A DNA stretch of 64,000 nt from an uncultured Gemmatimonadales bacterium (GTDB lineage Bacteria > Gemmatimonadota > Gemmatimonadetes > Longimicrobiales > Gaopeijiaceae). Under the pieces are notes generated by a model, which did no database searches, was not told where the DNA came from, and saw only the letters and a program-made list of their open reading frames with translations. Positions 41,505 to 52,178 of the stretch are shown here, in pieces (positions within the stretch are counted from its first letter, which is position 1; each line of letters starts with the position of its first letter). The translations under genes were made by a program, and so were the position numbers. Where the stretch lies: positions 160,001-224,000 of the forward strand of contig CAWGKG010000010.1 of NCBI GenBank assembly GCA_963823035.1. The letters are read 5' to 3'.

Positions 41505-44250
41505 ATGGCGCACCCGAGGCCCTCCCCGCCCGTCGCTGTCACGCCTTCTCCTGCGTCTTCTGGTACGGGGACCGGACGCGGAGTTCGTGCTCGGGAGACA
41601 TCGAGGAGGACCACGGCCGCATCGCCGAGCGGAAGGGGAGGCGCGCTGCGGCGGGGTGGTACCGCCGTCAGGTAGTCGGGACGCTGTGGGCGTGGACGTG
41701 GCGGGGCGTGGCGACGCCCCTGCGAAGCAACGGCAAGGCCAACCACACGGGAGGGGCGGGGATGGAGACGACGTTCAGAGACGTTCGCTACGCGTTCCGG
41801 GGTCTGGCGAAGAAGCCCGGCTTCAGCGCGTTGGTGGTGGCGACGCTGGCGCTCGGCATCGGCGCGAACACGGCGATCTTCAGCGTGGTGCAGGCGGTGA
41901 TCCTGCGGGCGATCCCGTATCCGGATGCGGAGCGGCTCGTGGACGTGGCCGAGACGTGGGCGGCGACCGCAGCTCCCGCATCCCGACCTCGGCCGCGACC
42001 TACCGCGACTGGAAGGCGGGGACCGCGTCCTTCGACCGGATGGCCCTCACGGCGCCCTACCAGACGCTCGTCTCCACGGACGGCGACGAGGCGGTGCAGG
42101 CTGCGCGCGAACTTCGTGACCTCCGACTACCTCGACCTGCTCGGCGCGCGCTTCCTGCTGGGGAGGGGGATCCTCCCGGAGGAGGACGGAGCGCCGGGCG
42201 AGCACGCGGTCGCGGTGCTGAGCCGGGGCGCGTGGGAGCGCGTCTTCGGCGCCGATCCGGACGCGGTGGGACGCACCGCGATGCTCAGCGGGACGCTCTA
42301 CACGGTGGTGGGCGTGCTGGACGCCTCGTTCGAGGACCTGAACGCCGGCGCGGTGCCCACGGACGTTTTCGTCCCGGCCGGCATGATCGTGCAGATCAAC
42401 GGCGCGCAGTCCTGGGAGCGGAGGGCCGCACGGAGCTTCCAGATCGTGGCCCGCCTCGCGGAGGGGCGCACGATCGAGCAGGCGCGCTCCGAGATCGAAG
42501 CGGTGATGCAGGGCCTGCAGCGGGAGGATCCCGGCACGCTGGGCGACTCCGGCGTGATGCTCACGCCGCTGCGGGACCAGCTCCTGGGCACGCTCGACGC
42601 GCCGCTCCTGGCCCTCCTGACGGGTGCGGTCTTCCTCCTCCTGGTCGGCTGCATCAACGTGGCGAGCCTCATGCTCGTACGCGGCGCCGCGCGCGCCCGC
42701 GAGATGGCGGTCCGCCTCGCGCTCGGTGCGGCACGCGGCCGGCTCGTGCGGCAGCTCACCACGGAGGCGCTGATCCTCGCGTTCGTCGGGGGGTGCTCTC
42801 GGCATCGCGCTCGCGTACGGGACGCTCGGCTTCCTCCTCGACCTGAGCGGCGGGAACCTCCGCCAGCTGGGTGCATGTCCGGCCTCGACCCCGCCGTGCT
42901 CGGTGCGTCCGCTCCTCCTCGCGGTGGCGACCGGCCTGGCGTTCGGCCTCCTGCCGGCGCTGCGCAGCACGCGCGTCGGACCTGCGTACGGCGCTCACCC
43001 GGGGCGACGCCCGCTCCGGGGGCGGCCCGAGCGGGAAGGGGCGGCACGCCCTCGTGGTGGTGGAGGTGGCGTCGGCCATGATCCTCATGGTCGGCTCCGG
43101 GCTGATGATCCGCTCCTTCCAGGAGCTCGCGGGCACGGACATGGGCTTCAGTACGGAGCGGGTGCTCACGGCGAACGTCTCGCTGCCCGACGCTGGGCTA
43201 CGAGACCGGAGAGGCCGTGCAGGCCTTCGACCAGGGGCTGCTCGAGCGGCTGCGCGCCACGCCGGGCGTGAGCTTCGCGCACGTGTGGGGGCCGGGGATC
43301 CCGGGGGCGACCGGCAACTACACGACGATCCTCCCGGTGGGTCGGGAGGTGCGCTCGCAGCTCGACGCCGACCTCATGCGCGTGCACAACGTATCGCCGG
43401 GCGCGCTGGAGGACCTCGGGCTGACGCTCCTGGAGGGGCGCACGCTCACGGCGGACGACCGCGAGGGCTCGACGCGCGCGATCGTGATCAGCGAGGGGCT
43501 CGCCGAGACGCTCTTCCCGGGAGAGGACCCGCTCGGGCAAGCAGGTCAACAACTTCATCCCGCCGGGCTTCGACCCGACGGCCTTCCAGCCGTGGGAGGT
43601 GGTGGGCGTGGTCGCGAACGCCGTGATGGGCGGGCGACAGACGCAGGGCGCCTTCGCCGTCGACCACGACGGGTACTTCAGCTATGCGCAGAAGGGCGTG
43701 CAGGGTACGCGCCAGACCACGGTGCTGATGGGAACGGTAGGGGACCCGGCGGAGATGACCTCGGCGCTGCGGGCGGCCCTGCGGGAGGTGGACCCGGACG
43801 TGCCGCTCTACCTTCCGCGCCCGCTCGATGGAGGTGTTGGGGCAGGAGCTGGTCGTCTCCCGCTTCGTGGCCGTTCTTCTGGGGATCTTCGGCGCGCTCT
43901 CCCTCTTCCTGGCCGCGCTCGGCATCTACGGCGTCCTCTCCCAGACGGTGACGGCGCGCTCCCGGGAGATCGGGCTCCGCGCCGCGCTGGGCGCGCAGCG
44001 CGGCAACACGGTCCGCCTCTTCGTGGGTCAGGGGCTGCGCCTCACGCTCCTGGGCGTCGGAGCGGGCCTGGTGGCCTCTCTCTGGCTGACGCGCTTCGTG
44101 CGCGGGATGCTGTACGGGGTCGCGCCGCACGACACGATCACGCTGGTGGGCACCGCCCTGGTGCTCGTGGCGGTGGCGCTCCTGGCGGCCTGGCTACCGA
44201 CGCGCAGGGCGCTGCGCGTGGATCCGGTGGTGGCGCTGAAGGCGGACTGA
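41505..44250 (+). CDS. MacB-like orphan ABC permease (ADOP type), many frameshifts
   Basis: EFVLGDIEE prefix, [51 protein letters not shown] spread across frames. Confidence 0.8.
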
Positions 44251-44287
44251 GGACGTCGGGGGAGCGCTGTGGCCGCTCCCGCCGTCC
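44251..44287. terminator. Hairpin between convergent genes
   Basis: GGACG..GGGAGCG-ctgtggc-CGCTCCC..CGTCC. Confidence 0.4.
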
Positions 44288-44294
44288 GCCGGGA

Positions 44295-45947
44295 TCAGCC
44301 GCCGAAGAGGACGCTCGAGCCCTGGTCGAAGACGATGTCGCGCGGGATGCCGAGCCCGTCGAGCTTCACCAGCTCCGCCTCGAGGTCCGGGGGAACCACG
44401 CCCTTCTCCGCCATGAGGCGGGTCACGCCATCGTAGTCGCCGTCGCCCTGGAGCTGGAGGATCACCCCCGCCAGCGCGTCCACGGCCTGGCCCATGGCCG
44501 CATAGTCCACGCGGTACTTCCCGGTGGTCTCGTCCTTCGCGAAGGCGCCGCGGTCACGGAAGAAGTTGAACGTGACCATGTTGGCCTTTCCGTGCGCGTC
44601 GGCGGCGCCGAAGCGCACCGAGCGGAAGAGGCCGGCCAGGAAGGTCGTGTAGTTGTCCTCGACGCTCCCGTCGGTGAGCTCGCCGCGGTCGTAGAGCTGC
44701 TTGACCATATAGAGCCCACCACGTCGGCCTTCTCTTCCTCGAGCGCCGAGGCGTGGTCCTTCAGGGCGCCGCGCACGGTGCCCTTGCCGGTGATCGTGTT
44801 CTTGATGCCCAGGCCGTGCGCCACCTCGTGGAACATCGTGTTCTGGAAGAAGGCGTCGAAGCCCACGTGGCCGTGCTGCTCGTCCACGACGAGCGCGTCC
44901 GCGATCGGCACCATGATCTTGTCGAACTTCGCGCGCATCGCGTTCTCGAGCTGTAGCCTGCGCGTGCCCTTCTGCAGCTGCACCTCCTCGTCGTTCGGGA
45001 GGTTGATCGCGATGGTCTTGCCGCCCGTGTTCGCCTCGCCCGCGTAGTACACCACGTCGTAGGCGTTCAGGTCGGCGTCCGTGCCCGGCGTCTCCGCCTT
45101 GTACTTCGGGTCCACCGGCAGCCCGCGCTGCAGGTCGGGCAAGAGGGCGGCGAAGCGGGAGAGCCGCTCGCTCCACGCCATGGTCCTTGATGAGGACGTA
45201 GCCCTCGTGGCCGGCCTTGTATCCGAAGAGCGCGTCCTCGTACGTCTCGATGGGGCCGATGACGACGTCGATCGGATTGCTCTTCATGTCCATCCAGGCG
45301 AAGTCGCTCGCCTGGTACTCGTCCGTCTCGAGCGCCTCGGCACGCAGGCGCAGGTAGCGCGCGAACTCCTGGTCGCTGGACAGGTCGGCGGCGGCGCGCA
45401 GCTTCGCGGCTGCCGCGGCGTGTTGCTGGGCGAAGGCCACGTGGTAGGGCACCGCCGTGAGGCCGCCGTCGTCTCCGCGCCGGACGAGCGTGTAGAGGCT
45501 CTTCAGCTCCGGGTTGCCGGCGACGGCCGTCTCGAACTCCTCGGTCGTCATGTCCTGCGGATACTGGTTGGCCCCGCGCGGCTTCTCACCCACCCCCGCG
45601 ATGAACGGCTCATTGTCCCGCAGGCGGTCCCACGGGCCGTAGTTGATCTCGATGTACTCGCGCGTCGCCTCGTCGCCGTTGGCGAGCGCGAGGGCGTCGG
45701 ATTCGGCGCCGTACGTCTCCTGCCAGAAGATCGGGTCCATCTGCTGGACGGCCTCGATGAGGAGGCGCACGACCTGCTGGTCGTTGTCGGAGAGCTTCGA
45801 TACGTCCGCGGTCAGGCGGACGGTCGCGTACTGGTCCACGAGAGCCTGCATGGGCGAAGCGGTCGTCTGGGTTTGATCGGCCGGCACGCACGAGGCGGCC
45901 ACGAGAAGGGCGGCGAGCGCGCACGGGACGCGGAGTCGGCGGGACAT
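44295..45947 (-). CDS. M49 / dipeptidyl-peptidase III-like Zn hydrolase, probable lipoprotein; frameshifts near 45180 and 44720
   Basis: AASC lipobox, INYGPWDRL, IGPIETYED.L.GYK, AINLPND, HEVAH, EEEKADV, FRSVRFG. Confidence 0.82.
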   Translation of the reverse strand: MSRRLRVPCALAALLVAASCVPADQTQTTASPMQALVDQYATVRLTADVSKLSDNDQQVVRLLIEAVQQMDPIFWQETYGAESDALALANGDEATREYIEINYGPWDRLRDNEPFIAGVGEKPRGANQYPQDMTTEEFETAVAGNPELKSLYTLVRRGDDGGLTAVPYHVAFAQQHAAAAAKLRAAADLSSDQEFARYLRLRAEALETDEYQASDFAWMDMKSNPIDVVIGPIETYEDALFGYKAGHEGYVLIKDHGVERAALPLRRPLARPAARAAGGPEVQGGDAGHGRRPERLRRGVLRGRGEHGRQDHRDQPPERRGGAAAEGHAQATARERDAREVRQDHGADRGRARRGRAARPRGLRRLLPEHDVPRGGARPGHQEHDHRQGHRARRPEGPRLGARGREGRRGGLYMVKQLYDRGELTDGSVEDNYTTFLAGLFRSVRFGAADAHGKANMVTFNFFRDRGAFAKDETTGKYRVDYAAMGQAVDALAGVILQLQGDGDYDGVTRLMAEKGVVPPDLEAELVKLDGLGIPRDIVFDQGSSVLFGG

Positions 45948-46102
45948 GTCGAAAAGCCTCCGGAAGGTCGGACAATCCGTCGGCCTGAAGGTGATGGAGG
46001 ATGGGGTCCCGCGCCAGCCGTCGGAGGCCCCGGCGGACGGCCTCTCCGGGCCGGCGCGCCCCCCGTCCGAGGTCCCCGGGCGCCCTTCCAACTTCCTCGG
46101 GG

Positions 46103-46142
46103 TGATTGTCGTCTCACCATGTACTATGACGTTCGACAATCA
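46103..46142. promoter_or_regulatory. Inverted repeat flanking a TACTAT -10-like hexamer upstream of padR
   Basis: TGATTGTCG (46103-46111) and CGACAATCA (46134-46142). Confidence 0.5.
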
Positions 46143-46157
46143 AGCGGAGCGGGCGCG

Positions 46158-46487
46158 ATGACGGACAAGGCCGATCTCCTCCAGGGAAGCCTGGACCTGC
46201 TCGTCCTGAAGACGCTCGACCTGGAGCCGCTGCACGGGTGGGCCGTGTCGAAGCGGATCCAGCTCCTCTCCCACGGCGTGCTCGAGGTCAACCAGGGGTC
46301 GCTCTATCCGGCGCTCTACCGGCTGCGGGACCGCGGGCTGATCGCGTCGAGCTTCGGAGAGACGGAGGAGGGGAGGCGCGTGAAGGTCTACGCGCTCACC
46401 GCCAAGGGGCGGCGGGCGCTGAAGAGCGGACGGGAGGGCTGGCGGCTGTTCGCGGACGCGGTGGACGCGGTCCTCGGCGCCCCCTGA
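46158..46487 (+). CDS. PadR-family transcriptional regulator (acidobacterial type)
   Basis: [33 protein letters not shown]. Confidence 0.92.
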   Translation: MTDKADLLQGSLDLLVLKTLDLEPLHGWAVSKRIQLLSHGVLEVNQGSLYPALYRLRDRGLIASSFGETEEGRRVKVYALTAKGRRALKSGREGWRLFADAVDAVLGAP

Positions 46488-46508
46488 TCCGGAGCGGGAG
46501 AAGGAGCG

Positions 46509-49151
46509 ATGGGGAGCTTTGGGTGGATCGGACGGCGCCTGGCCGTCCTGTTCCGGAAGCGTGCGGTGGAGCAGGAGCTCGACGAGGAGCTCCGCTACCA
46601 CCTCGAGAAGGAGATCGAGCTGCAACGTGGCGGCGGGGATGTCCCCGGAGGAGGCGCGCCGACGCGCGCTGGTCGCCTTCGGGGGGGTGGAGCGCTTCAA
46701 GGAGGAGGTGAGGGACGTGCGCGGAGCGAGGGTGGTGGACGACCTGGTGCAGGACGCGCGGGTGGCGGCGCGCTCCTTCCTCAAGGCGCCGGCGTTTCTG
46801 ATCGCGGTGCTGGCGACGCTCGGGCTGGGGATCGGCGGCAACGTGGCGATGTTCGGGATCCTGGACGCGTCGCTCTTCCGGCCGCTGCCGTATCGTGAGC
46901 CCGACCGGCTCGTCCTGGGCCGCGTGACGCGGGGCGGGCAAGTGGGAAACACGGTCTCGGGTCCCGATTTCTTCGACTACCGGGAGCGGTCGACCACGCT
47001 GGCGAGCCTCGCGGCGTTCACGCCGTTCGCGCTGTCCGCGACCGTCACGGGCGAGGGGGAGCCCGAGCGGATCGACTACATCCTGGTGTCCACGGGATTC
47101 TTCTCGACGCTCGGCGTGGACCCGGAGATGGGCCGGGAGTTCGCGGGCACCGAGGGGGAGCTCGATGGTCCCCCCGTCGCGGTCATCAGCCACGGGCTCT
47201 GGCAGAGACGGTTCGGCGGCGACCCCTCCGTCCTCGGGCGCAGCCTGAACCTCTCCGGTAGTCCCACGACGATCGTCGGCGTGATGCCGGCGGGCTTTCG
47301 CTTCGTGTTGGATACGGACGTGTGGCTGCCGCTGCAGCGCGGCGGGTCGTGGGCGCAGGCGCGCCAGTTCCACAACTTCGTCCTGGTCGGGCGACTGGGG
47401 CCGGGCACGGGGTTGGAGCAGGCGCAGGCCGACGTGGACAGGATCAGCACGACGCTCGCCGAAGCCTACCCGGACTCGAACCGGGACAAGGGGCTGAACC
47501 TGGCCCCCCTCAAGGAGTCGCTCACGGAGGCGTACACGACGACGCTGGCGGTTCTGGTGGCCGCCGTCGCGGTGCTCCTCCTGATCGCGTGCGGCAACGT
47601 CGCCGGGCTGCTGCTCGCGCGTGGCGCGGCACGCCGGGGCGAGCTCGCGCTCCGCTCCGTGATGGGCGCCGGTCGGAGCCGGCTCGCCCGGCAGCTTCTC
47701 GCCGAGAACGCGCTCCTCGCCCTCGGCGCGGGCGTGCTCGGCGTGGCCCTCGCGGTGTGGATCCAGCGGGGGATCCTCGCGTTCGTGTCCCTCGACAGGC
47801 TGGGGCCCGTCGAGCCGCGGATGTCGGCCTACGACGCTGGGTCGTCGCGCTGGCCCTCTCGGGCGTCACCGTGCTGCTCTCCGGCGTGCTGCCGTCGCTT
47901 CGGGTCGCGCGCGCGGATCCCGCGACCGAGCTGGGCAGCGGAGCCCGCGCGACAGGCGGGCGAGGCGCCACGCGCCTGCGCAGCACGCTCGTCGTGACGC
48001 AGGTGGCGCTCACGGTCGTGCTCCTGGTGGTCTCGGGACTGCTGCTCCGCTCCCTGGCCGAGTTGCGCGGGGTGGCGCCGGGCTTCGACACGCACGACCT
48101 CCTCACCGCGGACGTGCAGATCTCGGGCGGGAAGTATCCGGGCCGGGCCGAGCGCGTCGAGTTCTTCCGCCAGCTCGAGGGGCGCGTCGCCGCGCTTCCA
48201 GGCGTCGAGGCGGTGGGGATGATCACGCAACTCCCCGTCCGCGATCCGGGCGGCAACGTCCGCGTCGACCTCCCGGAACGCTTCGGCAGCGCCGGCGTGT
48301 TCGGCGGGCTGGCCGATCAGCGCTCCGTCCTCCCCGGCTACTTCGAGGCGATGGGGATCCCCCTCCTGTCCGGACGGGACCTGGCGCTGACCGACGACGG
48401 CGACGCGCCTCCCGTCGCCGTGCTCAGCCAGGCCCTGGCCGAGCGGATCTTCGAGGGAGAGGACCCCCTGGGGCGCACGGTCGGCATCGACACGGGCGGC
48501 TCGGAGCCCACCGTCCTCGAGGTGGTGGGCGTGGTGGGCGACGTGGTCATGGACCACCCGGCCAACGGTCCCTATCCCGCCCTCTATGCGTCCTACGCGG
48601 CGCGCGCGGGCACGCTCCTCCGCCTGGCGGTGCGCACCCGTGGGAAGGCGGCGGCGGTGACGGGTGGCATCCGCGAGGCGCTCAGGTCGATGGACCCCGA
48701 CGTTCCCCTCGCGGAGGTGGCGACGATGGACGACGTCTTCTCCAGCGTCGTCTCGGACAACCGGGCGATCGCGGTGGTGCTCGTGCTCTTCGCCGTCGTC
48801 GCGCTCCTGCTGGCGGCGGTCGGCCTGTACGGCGTGCTGGCCTACCAGGTATCGCGCCGGCTCCACGAGATCGGCATCCGCATGGCGCTCGGGGCGAGCG
48901 TGAACACCGTGCTGACGTCGGTCGTGCGGGGCGGCCTCACGCTCGTAGCGCTGGGCCTGCTGGTGGGCGTGCCGGCGTCCTTCTTCGCGGCCCGCCTGGC
49001 CCGGGGGCTGCTCTTCGGCGTCGGCACGACGGATCCCGCGACGTACGTGGGCGTGGCGCTCTTCCTCGGCGCGGTGGCGGGGGCAGCGTGCTTCCTCCCC
49101 GCGTTGCGTGCTGCGCGGGTGGACCCGGCACGCTCGCTCGGCGCGGACTGA
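46509..49151 (+). CDS. MacB-like orphan ABC permease (ADOP type); frameshifts near 46620 and 47840
   Basis: ELDEELRYHLE prefix, [52 protein letters not shown]. Confidence 0.85.
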
Positions 49152-49163
49152 GGGGGGGCCCGC

Positions 49164-51420
49164 TCAGAACGCGAAGAGCTTCGTCACTTTCAGGGTCAGC
49201 CCGCGCTCCAGCACCGGCTCCGACACGGCGTCCGCGAGCGAGCGGCGCTCCGTGTAGACGACGAAGAGGTCGGACAGCGGCGCGTGGATGAGGTTGAAGC
49301 GCACGTTGGTGATGAGCTCCTCCGTCTGCTGGTTGTACTGCACGAAGCCCATCAGGAAGGTGCGCACGTCCTTCGCCCACCGGATGCGCGCGTCGTAGAC
49401 GTCGGCGTTGAAAGAGCGACCGCCCAGCTCGAGGGCGTTGTGCTGGACGCCCACGTCGAACGTGAAGTGCGGGTTCGGCCGGAAGCGCGTCGACGCACCC
49501 AGCGAGAGGCGCGTGCCGTCGTAGAAGTCGCCACCCGTCACGCGAAACATGCCGCTCAGCATGTGGCTCCCCGAGAGGAAGTAGCTGGCGCCGACCTCGC
49601 GCCAGCCGTAGCTGCCGACGGGCACCTCGTTCCCCGCGATGGGCGTGGGCTCGAAGAGCCGCTCGAAGCGATCCGACGCCGAGAGCGTGAGGATGCCGCC
49701 GTCCGTGAAGTTGACGGCGAGCGCGGGCGTGAGCGTGCGGCTCTCCAGGGCGCCGTCGAGGTTCTGGTAGAAGTCCGTCTCGAGGTACGGGTTGATCTCG
49801 AAGACCTTGCTGCTGTGCACCTGGGGGTGGGCGCCCAGCGTCGCGTAGAGGCGGCGCACCCCGACGCGGTCCACGAAGCCGAGGCCCGGGTCGAAGTCGT
49901 CGCCGATGTGCTTGAGCAGCACGGACGCGTCCCAGAAGGGGTCGCGCCACGCGGCCTGGAACATCCCCGCGTCGCGACTGCTCCCGGTGGGTGAGCGCTC
50001 GTCCGTGTGCGCGGCGTACGCCGACAGGATCAGATCGTCGAAGAGGGTCAGATTGCCGTCGACGCCGTACGAGCGGTTGTAGTCGCGCGCGCCCGGGCCC
50101 GCCGTCTGCTCGCGGTTCACGAACATCACGCCGACGTTCGAGGCGTCGCCCAGCAGCGTACGCACGCGGGCCACGGCGAAGTTCTCGGCCGGATACAGGC
50201 GCGGGTCGTCGACGGGACCGTCGGAGCGCGTCTGCATCTCCAGGAAGCCGATCTCCGTCCGGTCGGTGAGCTTGCCCGTGAGGCGCGCGCCGCCCGCGAT
50301 CGGCAGGGGGGTGCGGCTCGGCGACAGCCCGATGCGTCGCGAGTGGAAGAGCTTGAAGCTGCGCGTGGACGAGCCCGTCCTGTAGTTGCGGATCGTGACG
50401 TCCTGGAAGGCGAACGTCCCCTCGTTCTCCAGGAAGAAGTCCCGCTTCTCGGGGAAGAAGAGGCTGAAGCGGTCCAGGTTGACCTGCTCCTGGTCCACCT
50501 CGACCTGGCTGAAGTCGGTGTTCGCCGTCAGGTCGAGCGTCATGCGTGGGGTCAGCCCCCACTTCGCGTCGACCCCGCCGTCGGCGTGGTTGTGCGTGCC
50601 CGGCGTGGCCTGCCCCATGGTGCGGCTGCCCAGGGCGTACGGCTTCACCCAGACGTTCCGTCCCTTCTGCAGGTCACGCAGTCCGGTGAGCGTCCCGGCG
50701 AGGGAGAACTTGTACAGCTTGTGCTGGCGCTCGGTCGGCGCCCAGTTGGACTCCTCGTTCAGGTGCCGTATGCGGCGCGAGAACGCGAGCCCCCACACCT
50801 GCTCGCCCTCCACGGGGTTGTAGCGCAGCGTCGCGAAGGGGATCTCCATCTCGACCGTCCACCGGTCGGCCCCCACGGAGGTGCGCACGTTCACGATGCC
50901 CTCCCAGGCGATCGCCACGTCGCGCTGGTCGTTGAACGTCTGCGCGTCCCACACGGCGCCGGCCGGGTTGATCGCGAACAGGAAGCCGTTCTGCTTGTCG
51001 TGGTACGTGTCGAGCGCGATGCCGAAGATGTCCGAGTCGTGCGTCTGGTAGTCCTGCTCCAGCCCCGGAACGATGAGCTTGTCCGGCTCCGACTCGTAGA
51101 GCGTCGCGCCGATGTAGAGCGCGCGCTCGTCGTACAGGATGTGGATCGTCGTCGGCTCGGAGGCGGGGTAGCCCGGGATTCGGCTGCACCTGGATGAAGT
51201 CCGACGTGGACGAGTCCGCCTCCTCCCACGCCGGCTCGTCGAGCCGCCCGTCGATGTGGATCTCGGACCGGATCCGGTGCGCGGCCAGCGACGGCCGGGG
51301 CATGCCGGTCGGGTCGACCGGGTAGTGGACGCCGCCGTTTCCGCCTACCTGAGCGGAGGCGGAGGTGGCGAGCACACCGAGGGCCAGGACGAGCGCTGAG
51401 GCGGGGCGAAGGGGGGGCAT
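49164..51420 (-). CDS. DUF5916 outer-membrane protein with N-terminal CBM9-like domain; frameshift near 51170
   Basis: IDGRLDEPAW, EMEIPF.TLRY, NTDFSQVE.D, FPEKRDFFLE, LFHSRRIG, terminal LFAF. Confidence 0.82.
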
Positions 51421-51586
51421 CGGTCTCCGGAGGGTGCGACGAAGGCCGAAGGATCGGTCAGGTACCGGTATCGGGCAAGCGCCGACGATGCGGCCCCGGC
51501 TCCAGTTCGGGGACCGGCGTGTCGATACTCAGGTGAAGCCACTGCCGAACGAGGACTGAAATGCGGAGCCACAGCCGGATCGCCGG

Positions 51587-52178
51587 GTGAGGGTCGAACC
51601 ACGGGTGCGAAGCGCACGGGGTCGCGCGAAGATCGCGCTGTTCATGGGGCTCTCTCGCCCTCGCCCCGGGGGTCGCAGCGCAGGAGCTGCCGCTTTCGGC
51701 CGACCTCCAGCTCGGCCTGATCGCGAAGATCCTGACGTTCGACCGTCGGATCGAGCGCTACGGGCCGGAGCTCGTGATCGGCTTGGCCTTCCAGCCGCGC
51801 AACCGTGAGTCGGCAGGCGCCCGTGACGCGCTCGAGCGCAGCGTGGCCGCCGCGGGGGCCCTCGAGGTCGCGGGGATGCCAGTGCGCGTGGTGGAGATTC
51901 CGCTCGAGAGAGACCGGCTTCCCGACGACCTGGCGGGCCGGGTCGATGTGCTGTACCTGGCGCCCATCCGTGGGGATTCGGGAAGGCTCCTGCGTCAGGC
52001 GCTGAACATGGGAATCCTGACGATCACCGCCTCGCCAGGCGCTGCGGACCGGGGAGCCGCCGTCGCCCTCCTGCGGAGGGACTCGCGACCGCGCATCCTC
52101 ATCGATCTGCAGTCGGCACGTCTGGCGGGAGCCGATCTCAGCTCCCGCCTGTTGCGCCTTGCGGTGGTGCGGCAGTGA
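51587..52178 (+). CDS. YfiR/HmsC-family (DUF4154) periplasmic protein; frameshift near 51650
   Basis: Signal peptide ending VAA-QE; KILTFDR, ILTIT, ILIDL..A..AG..LSSRLLRLA.V. Confidence 0.65.

Noticed and set aside
41078..43081. Apparent PadR-permease fusion protein (667 aa)
   Set aside because: A TGA at 41490 and an ATG at 41505 in adjacent frames reconstruct the usual two-gene layout; the joining peptide is out-of-frame sequence caused by indels.
51561..51590. ATG...TGA in frame with the YfiR-like ORF, suggesting read-through
   Set aside because: GTG at 51587 plus one frameshift gives a normal signal peptide; there is no redox motif context.
51470..51590. GCCACTG resembling part of a cobalamin riboswitch
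   Set aside because: The other conserved B12-element segments are not visible.
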